From a virus, in the IMG/VR virus record IMGVR_UViG_3300042503_000209, positions 44,134 to 108,133 of that record: a stretch of DNA of 64,000 nt. The stretch is one strand, 5' to 3'. The notes below the pieces were generated by a model. The model saw nothing but the letters and a program-made list of their open reading frames with translations, was not told the origin of the DNA and did no database searches. A program made the position numbers and the translations under genes. Below, in pieces: positions 21,501-30,000 of the stretch (position 1 is the stretch's first letter; every line of letters begins with the position of its first letter).

Positions 21501-21753
21501 GAGAAAGATCAGATGAAGAAAGTTTTGTCAACTTTTCTTGTGCATCTTTAATATACTGATCTCTTAAAGGAATAAGATTCTTATTAGAAAGAGGTGCGTT
21601 AAGCACTGAGGTATACGCAGATCTAACTCTACTAGCTCCTTGTTCAAACATAGATTGCTTCCTTTGAAGCATTCTATCATAGAAGTTAAAGTCCGGTTTA
21701 TATAAAGCCGGTTCAGGAATTGTCTCTGGTATATAAGGAAGGTATTGTGCCAT
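18571..21753 (-). CDS. Putative virion cargo/ejection protein, 1060 aa
   Basis: Long ORF with a helical/coiled-coil N-half and a (GT)n linker, immediately upstream of the vRNAP gene. Function is inferred from position only. Confidence 0.6.
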   Translation of the reverse strand: MAQYLPYIPETIPEPALYKPDFNFYDRMLQRKQSMFEQGASRVRSAYTSVLNAPLSNKNLIPLRDQYIKDAQEKLTKLSSSDLSLMENVNAAEQIFSPFWQNKFMVQDIAMTKSYQNEMQKYMSWKDSAKPEEREKYNNIGMMYLQNGLSKLQNAELTPEAFGAIEMRKAEPFTNIEAWLQKQAKDQGMDVKYDDPNGPYLIETVNGQRSQKKYATWASAMIGNNFQGQFEITGTVENEERAKILKRNNPNLTEPDIQKLIAKDIISELNQGYTKRNQEIDVEVARIDSLLSSIGQTGGPNNQAMFNKLVEERSELMGRKASIGEEYKYFDKEKGKVEEAVLAAPKQYFSVLAKQRLVNNWATGRASIDQKLIKENAAFTAAQSLELRRAEHNLAVSNAAFDQWYKTEDLKIKAAKGATGTGTGTGTGTGTGTNADGTPVPGVDESGSLIYSGLSGIDITKTAETAFDIYSKNQKQAFLDAHNLIFDQKGILGFASKLGLDPAEIAHVATALQTEVATDYAHKFTKEQAAASKKLETALLNSQGVKTAGITTITGPGTLRNALIAYAGDYLSERSKIAADGSDIALTNTEFEALMRYSTAVTKLDSYNANEVQRKKLVQDKLQNDPKYKGLLVDVGNGEKDLVTASNLAPKFKSSYDFEDDDGNKVKLTSDDLAKAYVTGNITDYDPTFFQNLSSSAAALGGGGNTTTYAGYTVKKDGKEYHLYGRYNSGIGYSNNSIPAGLEDLGKTIGSLNTTYKSSQDLVKNLKAAHESVVPDLLMYKNLTGQQGTLFALNTKGNKTMGNGDNAALIIYQAVQPGNVQDVYDKDGKPLDPSMIKGIQTLLSSEKNIEEYGTGQYIPQGINGKKTIRYIFSKPISTESKDQVAGVDLSSISSGTEVNFVVKDNTSGTYLDQLPNNTGFQVYDAITRGKQIKSDPILDAAGFSYTITPNVMSDNGSAVPQYVTVDLKYKVATNVKDPQTGQLVKKVEDKSYFHTINLQGDSAKSPDEIVSYLQSLYLQNMNNNRNVHLEYQKFNTTQANVNVWDPKAALKAVGLGHLIK
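20455..20505 (-). repeat. Coding hexamer repeat encoding a (Gly-Thr)n linker
   Basis: gttcctgtacctgttccagtaccagttcctgtgccagttcctgta; the protein reads GATGTGTGTGTGTGTGTN. Confidence 0.85.
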
Positions 21754-21757
21754 AGTT

Positions 21758-21814
21758 TACATATATAATATACAATAAAATCTTTAAAGTTTAAAACTAA
21801 ACCTTTAAAGTTTA
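21758..21814 (-). promoter_or_regulatory. Putative phage promoter/operator, copy 1
   Basis: Minus strand TAAACTTTAAAGGTTTA-GTTT-TAAACTTTAAAGATTTT-ATT-GTATATTATATATGTA. Same architecture and overall spacing as 40943-40999. Confidence 0.65.
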
Positions 21815-23845
21815 ATAACCATATCCATCATCATAACCAAATGGGTATGCACTTTGAGCCATAGGTGCTCTATTTAAAGCAGCATATTGAGCATTAATAG
21901 CTGCAGCATTACCTGCACCCCTATTAGATTGAAAAGCATTAGGAAATTGAGATCTTAAAAACCCATTAATAGTAGCAGCATCATGTCCTTCATTTTTTAA
22001 TTCAAGAGCAAATCTTCTCATAGCTGCTAAACTTTGTTCAGATGGTGCAGCACTTTGTCCAGTAATCATACTCATCCAGTTATTCTTATCTTTCCATTTA
22101 AGAGTTTCACCTTGTGGTCCTTCTTCTATAGAATAATACGGATTAGTTTCATTAAGCATGTTAAGCTTACTGTATCTATCACGCTCATTCATATTATACA
22201 TTTCTCTAGCTTTAAGATCCATTCTCATAGTATTACGATAAGCTTTATCTTCTTGCTGAGCATTAAATGCTAACTTGTCTCCAGCATCTGCTCTATAAGC
22301 CATCACTCTATTCATAATATCAGTTTGTAAAGGACTAAACTGATTAGCTACCCCAACATTCATGTTTTGATATCTACCCATAGTGTTAGCTGCTTGCTCA
22401 GCTCCTTGTGCATTTAATGCACTAGCTCTAGCAGAAAACTGCTGAGGATCCATTTGAGACATATAAGCCGCCATCATGTTACGATTAGATGCACCTTCAG
22501 CTAACTCTCTATTAGGATCGTAGAACGTAGGTTCTGGTATCATAGCATTAAGAGGTGCTGCATAAGGAGTGTAACGTTTAGGAGGAACCATAAACTGCAT
22601 ACCAAAGAACGGTCTTCTACCACCGCCTCCACCACCGCCACCGGTTGTAGTTATAGTAGTAGGATCTTCTTCATAGGTAATCTCATCCATCTTTTCCCAT
22701 GCTTTTATACACTTAGTAGGATCATTAGGATCTGGTGTATAACCTTCAGGACAAGTTTTAGTCTCAGGTGTTGTAGGTGTAGTTGTAGGTTTAGTACCAG
22801 GTGTATACTTTGGCATTCTACCACGTAAAAGCTCATCTAATCCTTTTTGCTTTTCCCCATCTGAAGCATCTTTAAAACCTTGTTTATTTAAAAAAGTACT
22901 ATAACAATTAGGTCTAGCATTCATATCAGCGACTGTGTACTTAAGATTAGCACATGGTCCACTACCACCTCTACTACTGCCACCAGTTGGAATATTATAT
23001 CCTGGAGTTAATGTTCCTGGTGTACCCCCAGATATAGTACCTGGTTTACCAGGAGTTATAATAATATCTTTAGTATCTTTACCAGATGTTGCTTTTCTCC
23101 ATACATTAGTATTACCTACACGCTTATATCCTTCTTTCTCATATTTACTTATTTCTTCCTTCTTAACTTTTTTAGGAGTAGTTCCACCACCTTGATAATA
23201 ACCTTCATCACCACCATAAAAACCTCCCATCTCAGCAAGTTGTTGTCCCATACCTTCTGGTAATACAGACATAGCTACATCAGGAATACCTTGAGGAAAT
23301 CCTTTCATAGACTCTTGTACTAATGCAAGTCCACCAAGTTTTTTTTCATAGTTATCAATCATTCTTTCAGCTGTACGTTTAGCCATCTTATCAGCATAAG
23401 GATCATCAAGTATAGCTCTGTACTTGTTAACATCATACTGCTTAGCTAAAGCTGCTGGGGTAAATTTCTGTTTAGTGTTTTCTGACTTACCAAACTTTGC
23501 AAGTACAGGTCCACCTATTCGTAACTTCTTTGTATCAGAATAAATAAAAGTACCTTCAGGAACATTTAAAGGTGTACCACCATTAGTATGTCTTTCACCA
23601 CCAATCTTCATATGTTCTTTACGACCATCATTATTAAAGTCTCCATATGCTGTTTCACCAAGCTCAGCTTCAATATTAGCTTCAGCTCTATCAACAGGTT
23701 GAAGAGTGTTAGATACTGACTCATATGGATTTTGGTTCATATCAGTGTATACATCTCGTTGCCCAAGATCTAGACCATAGTTTTTTTGACCACCATACGC
23801 CATAGATTCTGGAGCACTTTTAATTCTTACTTTATACTTTTTCAT
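21812..23845 (-). CDS. Putative cargo protein, 677 aa, with ExExGE...GxxHxxGG domain and xxxGG tags
   Basis: ANIEAELGE...GGERHTNGGTPLNVPEGTFIYSD, a motif I recall from crAss-like cargo proteins. Tags MAYGG, AEMGG and YQGGG; Pro/Thr/Gly-rich middle; helical C-terminus. Confidence 0.65.
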   Translation of the reverse strand: MKKYKVRIKSAPESMAYGGQKNYGLDLGQRDVYTDMNQNPYESVSNTLQPVDRAEANIEAELGETAYGDFNNDGRKEHMKIGGERHTNGGTPLNVPEGTFIYSDTKKLRIGGPVLAKFGKSENTKQKFTPAALAKQYDVNKYRAILDDPYADKMAKRTAERMIDNYEKKLGGLALVQESMKGFPQGIPDVAMSVLPEGMGQQLAEMGGFYGGDEGYYQGGGTTPKKVKKEEISKYEKEGYKRVGNTNVWRKATSGKDTKDIIITPGKPGTISGGTPGTLTPGYNIPTGGSSRGGSGPCANLKYTVADMNARPNCYSTFLNKQGFKDASDGEKQKGLDELLRGRMPKYTPGTKPTTTPTTPETKTCPEGYTPDPNDPTKCIKAWEKMDEITYEEDPTTITTTGGGGGGGGRRPFFGMQFMVPPKRYTPYAAPLNAMIPEPTFYDPNRELAEGASNRNMMAAYMSQMDPQQFSARASALNAQGAEQAANTMGRYQNMNVGVANQFSPLQTDIMNRVMAYRADAGDKLAFNAQQEDKAYRNTMRMDLKAREMYNMNERDRYSKLNMLNETNPYYSIEEGPQGETLKWKDKNNWMSMITGQSAAPSEQSLAAMRRFALELKNEGHDAATINGFLRSQFPNAFQSNRGAGNAAAINAQYAALNRAPMAQSAYPFGYDDGYGY

Positions 23846-23866
23846 ATTCTTATAGATATTACAAAT

Positions 23867-25627
23867 TTATAGAAATTCTACTTCACCACCTGAAGCTAAT
23901 ATACTTTTTATTTCATCCTCTGTTAGTTCATATATACCTCCAGATTCATATTGTGATATTGTACCGCCATCAGCATACAACTTCATACCACTTAATTTAT
24001 TGTATGCTTGCTTACCTTCCCATCTAGCAAATTGTTTTATTAACTTATCACGTTCTTCAGGAGTAAGATCTGCTAACACTTTATCTGTCCCCATAGCTTT
24101 TACAATATCTGGGGTAGACGCATTAGTTTTATCTGGACTACCACTAACCCATTTGTTTCTAGCTTGAGATATTGTAAGGTTAGAATAAGCCGGACCAAAT
24201 AAAAGATCTTGAGCTGCTCTAATACCTGTTTGAAAATCTGGAAATTTACTTACAAAACCACCACTATCTTTAGCACCTTGTACACCACCATACTTAGAAG
24301 TAAAATCACCATGATGTATATTCAAAGGATTATTATGACTTAAAGCAATTTCACCATCCACATTACCACCAGATGCTCTATTAAAACTTACATGAACATG
24401 ATCTGTATGTGGACTTTTGCCATTATATGGTCTCCATGAATTAGAAACAGATGGATTCCAAATCTGTTTATTCCAAATAATATATTTAATATTTTTATCT
24501 TGAGCTTCTTTAATAAGCTTTTGAGCTATTTCGTTTCCTTGATCTAAACCTGTTATACCAATATCTAAAGCATCTCCAGTATTATGATCACTTACTGATT
24601 TCTTATGGTTTGCATCACCCCATATCCCCCAATTTTGAACTCCTTGAAACTGAGAAGAAACTTCTTTCCATGTTTGTTCTGCAACCGGATTAGCACCACT
24701 AGATTTAACTGGAGCTGGAGAAGCATTTTCAGAAGTAGCGTAAGCTTCACCTGTAGCCATTGGACTCTGTAAAGGCATAGAAAAAGGAATTTGGTCAACC
24801 GGTAACATTAACTCATCAGGTATAATGCCTCCACCATACTGTGCCATTCTTGGTAAGAATTGACCAGTATACATGCCTTTATTTACAACATACTCATCAG
24901 GTCTAAACTCTCCAAATCTGCTACCACTAACTACATAGTCTCCACGGTTACCTGACATCTCACTAGGTACTTCAGGAAACAAAGAATCTGTAGATGTTTG
25001 GCGTCTTAACCTTTTATCAAATTCTTGTTTTCTTTTATAACTATTTACAAGTTCAGTACCAAAGTTTCCCCATGATGTTAATCTATTAATATCTTGAAAA
25101 GCTTTTTCTACTGGTTGACCTATATTTTTACTGTACCAACTAACTGGATTTGTGGATGTATTAGATTGAGTATTAGCTGCTGCAGCTTGTGGTGCTTGAT
25201 AAAACGGTGAAGCAGGATCTGTATCAAACTCCTCATCATCCCATTCAGAATGCCAAAATCTTTTAGGAGTTGTAGATGTTGTATTTGCAGCTGGAGCAGC
25301 AGTAGTATTAGTAGGTTGTACAGTAGGAGTAACTATAGAAGAACTACCACTAGGTTGTACAGGTGCTTGACCAAACGGTTTAAAAGTTAAACTAGGAAAC
25401 TTAGGACCAGCGGCTTTAAGAGCATCTATCTTATTACCATTTTGCAAACCGAGTTTTTGTCTACCAGAATTTAAAAATAATGAAGACTGACTCATAAGTT
25501 GAGCATATCTAGGATCATTAGGAGATATTAATTCACCATTATAACTTAAAGTAGTAGGGACATTACTTTTCTGTTGTCCAGCAAGTTGAGCTTTAGGTAA
25601 ACCTTTTCCTGTAATACGTATTTTCAT
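23867..25627 (-). CDS. Putative cargo protein, 586 aa, with an M15-like Zn peptidase and an NNPxNI lysozyme-like domain (virion peptidoglycan hydrolase)
   Basis: SDHNTGDALD...YIIW...WRPYNGKSPHTDHVHVSF (H-x6-D...HxH, ~24380-24700). HNNPLNI...KFPDFQTGIRAA (~23990-24345). Tags AQLAG, AQYGG, YADGG, YESGG. Confidence 0.72.
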   Translation of the reverse strand: MKIRITGKGLPKAQLAGQQKSNVPTTLSYNGELISPNDPRYAQLMSQSSLFLNSGRQKLGLQNGNKIDALKAAGPKFPSLTFKPFGQAPVQPSGSSSIVTPTVQPTNTTAAPAANTTSTTPKRFWHSEWDDEEFDTDPASPFYQAPQAAAANTQSNTSTNPVSWYSKNIGQPVEKAFQDINRLTSWGNFGTELVNSYKRKQEFDKRLRRQTSTDSLFPEVPSEMSGNRGDYVVSGSRFGEFRPDEYVVNKGMYTGQFLPRMAQYGGGIIPDELMLPVDQIPFSMPLQSPMATGEAYATSENASPAPVKSSGANPVAEQTWKEVSSQFQGVQNWGIWGDANHKKSVSDHNTGDALDIGITGLDQGNEIAQKLIKEAQDKNIKYIIWNKQIWNPSVSNSWRPYNGKSPHTDHVHVSFNRASGGNVDGEIALSHNNPLNIHHGDFTSKYGGVQGAKDSGGFVSKFPDFQTGIRAAQDLLFGPAYSNLTISQARNKWVSGSPDKTNASTPDIVKAMGTDKVLADLTPEERDKLIKQFARWEGKQAYNKLSGMKLYADGGTISQYESGGIYELTEDEIKSILASGGEVEFL

Positions 25628-27018
25628 TAGTCAATAATTTCAAAGTTATAACCACCTTGTTTTAACATTTGTAGTTCTTCTGGAGTGACATCTAATATAT
25701 CACCTTCTACTGGACCACCCATTTGCTTAGCAAAGTTCCTAGCAAAGTTAGCTTTTTTCCTCATAGCAGGACTATATCTTCCTTCTGGTGCGTTAAGTAT
25801 TGCTGATGCAGCTTCTTGTACTCCCATACCCATACGAGTAGCCTGTGCTTTAAATGTGCCAGCTTTAGCAGGATCTAATTGTATACCACCGTATGCCATA
25901 TTAGATAATATCTGTTGTTGTACAAATTCAGGTAGAGCTCTAAAACCTGCATTGTTAGTACCACCTTTCTCATAAAAAGCATTACCACTAAATGTAGTAC
26001 CACCTTCTTTCCATGTAGCTCTAGCAAATGCTCTAAAGAAAGGATTATTAGCTAAGTTCTTTTTATGACGAGCATAGAAAGCTTTCTTTCTTTCTGGATC
26101 TTTAGGATGCTGACCTAACTTAGAATCACCAAAATATTTAACAACTCCACCAGGTCCTGTCACTTTATGTGTCTTACCCTTACGATCATTACTTCTAGTT
26201 ACAGTGTATCCACCTCTTGCCATCATTTCTTTTTCATCTTCTTGCTCATACTCTTCATCTTCCATTTCTTCACCTTGAGCTTCAGGATTATACATCATAT
26301 AATCTGAAATACTATTTACACTATCATCAATCACAGCAAGCTTAGAAGCAATCCATGGATCTAAGTTTTGTTCTGGAGAAACAAACTGACGTAGTTTATT
26401 CATCTTATCAGCAACAGCAGACATTTGACCTAGTGCCATACCACCGTTTGGTTCACCACCTTCAGCAAACACTCCTGTCATATAACCACCATATCTCATA
26501 GCAGCTTGCTGCATGTCTGGTTGTTGCATACCAGGTTGTTGTGAACCAGCTCCTTGTTGTTGTACAGCTTGAACCATTTGTTCAAAAGCTCTTTGCTGAT
26601 CTTCTGGAGACATCTGCTGTAATTGCTGTAAAATCTTTTCAGGTTCTACTTGGTTCATTTGAGCAAACTGCTGAATAACCATCATAATCTGATCTTGTTG
26701 TCCACCCTGCTGCATATATTGGTTTCCACCATACATCATTTCTGGAGCATATCCACCATAGGCATAACCGTAATTATCCATTTGATCTAGATTACCAGCT
26801 GCTGCAAAACGTGCACGAGCTATTTCAGGTGGCATTTTTTCTCCACCACCTCCCATTACTTCCATACCGTATTCAGCTTTACGCCAAGTGCCGCCTTTAG
26901 ATTTATACCACTTAGCAGCCCATCCGTTAGCATAAGCACTAGGGTAGACATCAAATTTTTGTTTAGCCATAGACTTAGCTCTAGACCACAAGGCAGGATT
27001 ATTAGGTTTGTTTGCCAT
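25627..27018 (-). CDS. Putative internal virion polyprotein, 463 aa, made of short modules separated by xxxGG tags
   Basis: Modules PSAYANGW, Gln-rich helical, PWIASKLA, FGD...DPERKKAFYARH and KKANFARNF, separated by about 12 GG-type motifs. Confidence 0.65.
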   Translation of the reverse strand: MANKPNNPALWSRAKSMAKQKFDVYPSAYANGWAAKWYKSKGGTWRKAEYGMEVMGGGGEKMPPEIARARFAAAGNLDQMDNYGYAYGGYAPEMMYGGNQYMQQGGQQDQIMMVIQQFAQMNQVEPEKILQQLQQMSPEDQQRAFEQMVQAVQQQGAGSQQPGMQQPDMQQAAMRYGGYMTGVFAEGGEPNGGMALGQMSAVADKMNKLRQFVSPEQNLDPWIASKLAVIDDSVNSISDYMMYNPEAQGEEMEDEEYEQEDEKEMMARGGYTVTRSNDRKGKTHKVTGPGGVVKYFGDSKLGQHPKDPERKKAFYARHKKNLANNPFFRAFARATWKEGGTTFSGNAFYEKGGTNNAGFRALPEFVQQQILSNMAYGGIQLDPAKAGTFKAQATRMGMGVQEAASAILNAPEGRYSPAMRKKANFARNFAKQMGGPVEGDILDVTPEELQMLKQGGYNFEIID

Positions 27019-27027
27019 AATATATAA

Positions 27028-30000
27028 TTATTTTTTGTATTTAAATTTAGGATTATTAGGATTAAAAGGAGCATACTGATTAGTGTTCCATATACGTCCA
27101 TACCATGTATCATAATAATCACTATTAGGTACACCCGGTGCTGGGTTATTTATATTTCTATAATACCAATCTCTACCTTTATTCATTAAAACTCTTCTCT
27201 TATTTTCAGGAAGTTTACCAATAGTATTAGCATACTCTTTATCAAAAGAATAAGCTGGATTTTTTCTACCAGACCATTTGCCATCAGCATCTAATTTAGA
27301 TGGATCATATTGTCTGTAATATTCTTGTAAAGCATATGCTCTAGGATCTTTAGTTATTTTATTATTAGTTTTATCCCAACCAGCATTAAATATAAAATCC
27401 ATAGCTTCACCAGCTTCCATAGCACTTGCACCTGGCATTATCTTTTTTACTTCTGGATAAACCTTTTCCATTAACATTTTCATGTAACTAGGATCACTAT
27501 AATATGGTAAAGGAGAACCGCCAGGACCACCTCTAAGTTCCTCATACTTTAATATATTTCCAGCAATGTTTCTTACACTATCAGCTGAAGAAACTTGACC
27601 AGCAAACTGCATTTTTTTATGATTGTATGGAATACGTTCACTACTTGTTTTAGTCCTTTTAAATTTATCTTTTTCTGCAGAACTCATTTCAGATGATGTC
27701 TTAGGTGTCTGAGAGTTTACTCTTTTAGAAGGACGACATGCTGGATAGCCGGCTCTCTTTTCTCCTTCTTGTCTACCGCACGCTTTACCAGTCTTTACAT
27801 CTACCCACTTCTCTGCAAACCATCTATCTAAACCACCATGTTGTCCACCACTTTTCATCTTAACAGTACCACCACACTTATGACAAGTCATTGGATCATA
27901 ACCACCATCAGCAGCTTTCCATGACCATCCACAATTAGAACAAGAAACATTCTTGCTTAAAAGTCCACCATTCTTAACTTGAGGTATAGCATCAGAAGCA
28001 TAAGATGTTTTATTCTTTACTACATTATTATGAAGATCTGCAAGCTTTTGAGGATCGTTTCCAATTATCTTTAAAATATCATCTAAACTATTCAGACTAT
28101 TTTCTTTGCTCTTAAAAAGTTCATCACGAAAATTTTTAAAACTTCCCTTATAGTTATTATGATCATTAATGATCTTTTTCATATCCTCTGCTGTATACTT
28201 CTTTTTTGGATCTAGATTATACTGATATCTAAACTCATTAAGACGAGCATTTATTTCAGTTGGAGTAGAAAGATAATCATATTCATTTCTGGTACTAACA
28301 TATCTATCAGTTTTAAAATTTTTGTTTTTAGGAATTACTTGTTTAGAAATAAAACTACTAGGAGTACTGTATAAATTAGCATCCCAAAACCATCTAGGTT
28401 GATCATAAAAAGTATTATCCTCATAATCCATTTTATGAGTAAGTTCATGAATTTGAGTAGGGGCACTAAAACTTGTTGGATAATCAGTATTAAAGTTTAA
28501 TGAAGAATCTTTAGGGGTATAAAAAGCCTGAGTATTATATAGATTTTCATTTGTCTCTATATCTTTATTAGTGTATGTTTTATATTTTCCTGATAAATTA
28601 TCTAAAACAGATAATCTGCTATTAGCCCATTCAGTAAACTTAGGATCCTTAGCTCTTTCAGTTAACCAATACTGCATAAAATTACGCATATCTTTGTAAC
28701 CTTCTTTTAAAGAACCATCTTCAACTGTTATTCTAGTGTCATGATTATGAGCATACTTTTTCTTATTAACGTTTTTATTAAGAGCTGCCATAGTTGCCAA
28801 GTCAGATCTAGATAGACCACCACCTGACCACCCACCTTTTTGCATCATTGGATATTCATCTACATAAGATGCACCACCAAAGTTATAATCCTTACCAGGA
28901 TACATTACTTGTTTCTTACCGTTGTTACCTATTCCTAATACAGGATATGGTACACCTTGCATTGTAATATCTGATCCAGGTATACGAGTAACTTTACCAG
29001 GGTGAGCCCATTGACCACGAGGATCTAATATAGGTCCACCTTGTTTTTTATAATTTTGCATTCCTGCATACACTCCAAATTGACCTACTTCAGCTGGGGG
29101 AGCTGAAGGAAAAAATGGAACATTAGGAGCTTGTTGAATAGCTTGTATAGCATCTGTACCACGACCTGCATAGGGTACTCCCTGTATAACTTTACTAACT
29201 GCATCTAATCCAATTTTATGACGGGCTTTCAAACCAACTTTAGATGCATTACTCATCATCTTACCAAATTTACCTACCTTTCCTAACAAAGGAAGTGCAC
29301 CAAATATTTCAAGTTCTGTTTGAGGAGACATTCCAGTTTCTTTGTATGATTTGTAAACATCATCCCAAGAACTTAGTCCTGTTGGATCAATTATTTCAAA
29401 TATATTTTCTAAAGTAGAATCAGTTTGACCACCTCGTTGCTTCTTAGCACTACCCTTTTGTTTTTCAAATTCAGTAATACGAGGTTGTCCAGTAAACGGT
29501 TGAATGTTATTTAACAACTCATAATACTCTGCATAAGTAGGATTAGATTTATTCTTATTAATATATTCTAAACTTTTAACAAAGTTAGGATTTGTAAAGA
29601 TCTCAGGATACTTAGCTTTAAGTTCATCAAACGCAGTCTTTTGTCCTTCTTTAGCTAAGCCAATATGTGCAACGTCCCAGTCTTCAAGATGATACATTCC
29701 TGTTTTATCAGCAGCACTCCAAAGAACATCTTTATATAACTTTTTATTTACATTAGCATCAATAGGTTTACCATCTACATATAGAACGTAATCTTTTGCT
29801 GCATCAAAATTATGAAGAGATACTGGAGTTTGAGAGTTACCTTTTTTCTGAATCTCAAGTTGTGATTGTATATCACGTCCACCAGTCTTATCATAAAGAC
29901 CAGTGTTTTGATAGCCAACACTAACCTTTTTACCAGGATATAATGATTGAAGTTTCTTAGTAGCTTCTTGTTCAAACTCTGCAAACTTAGCCAATGGTCT

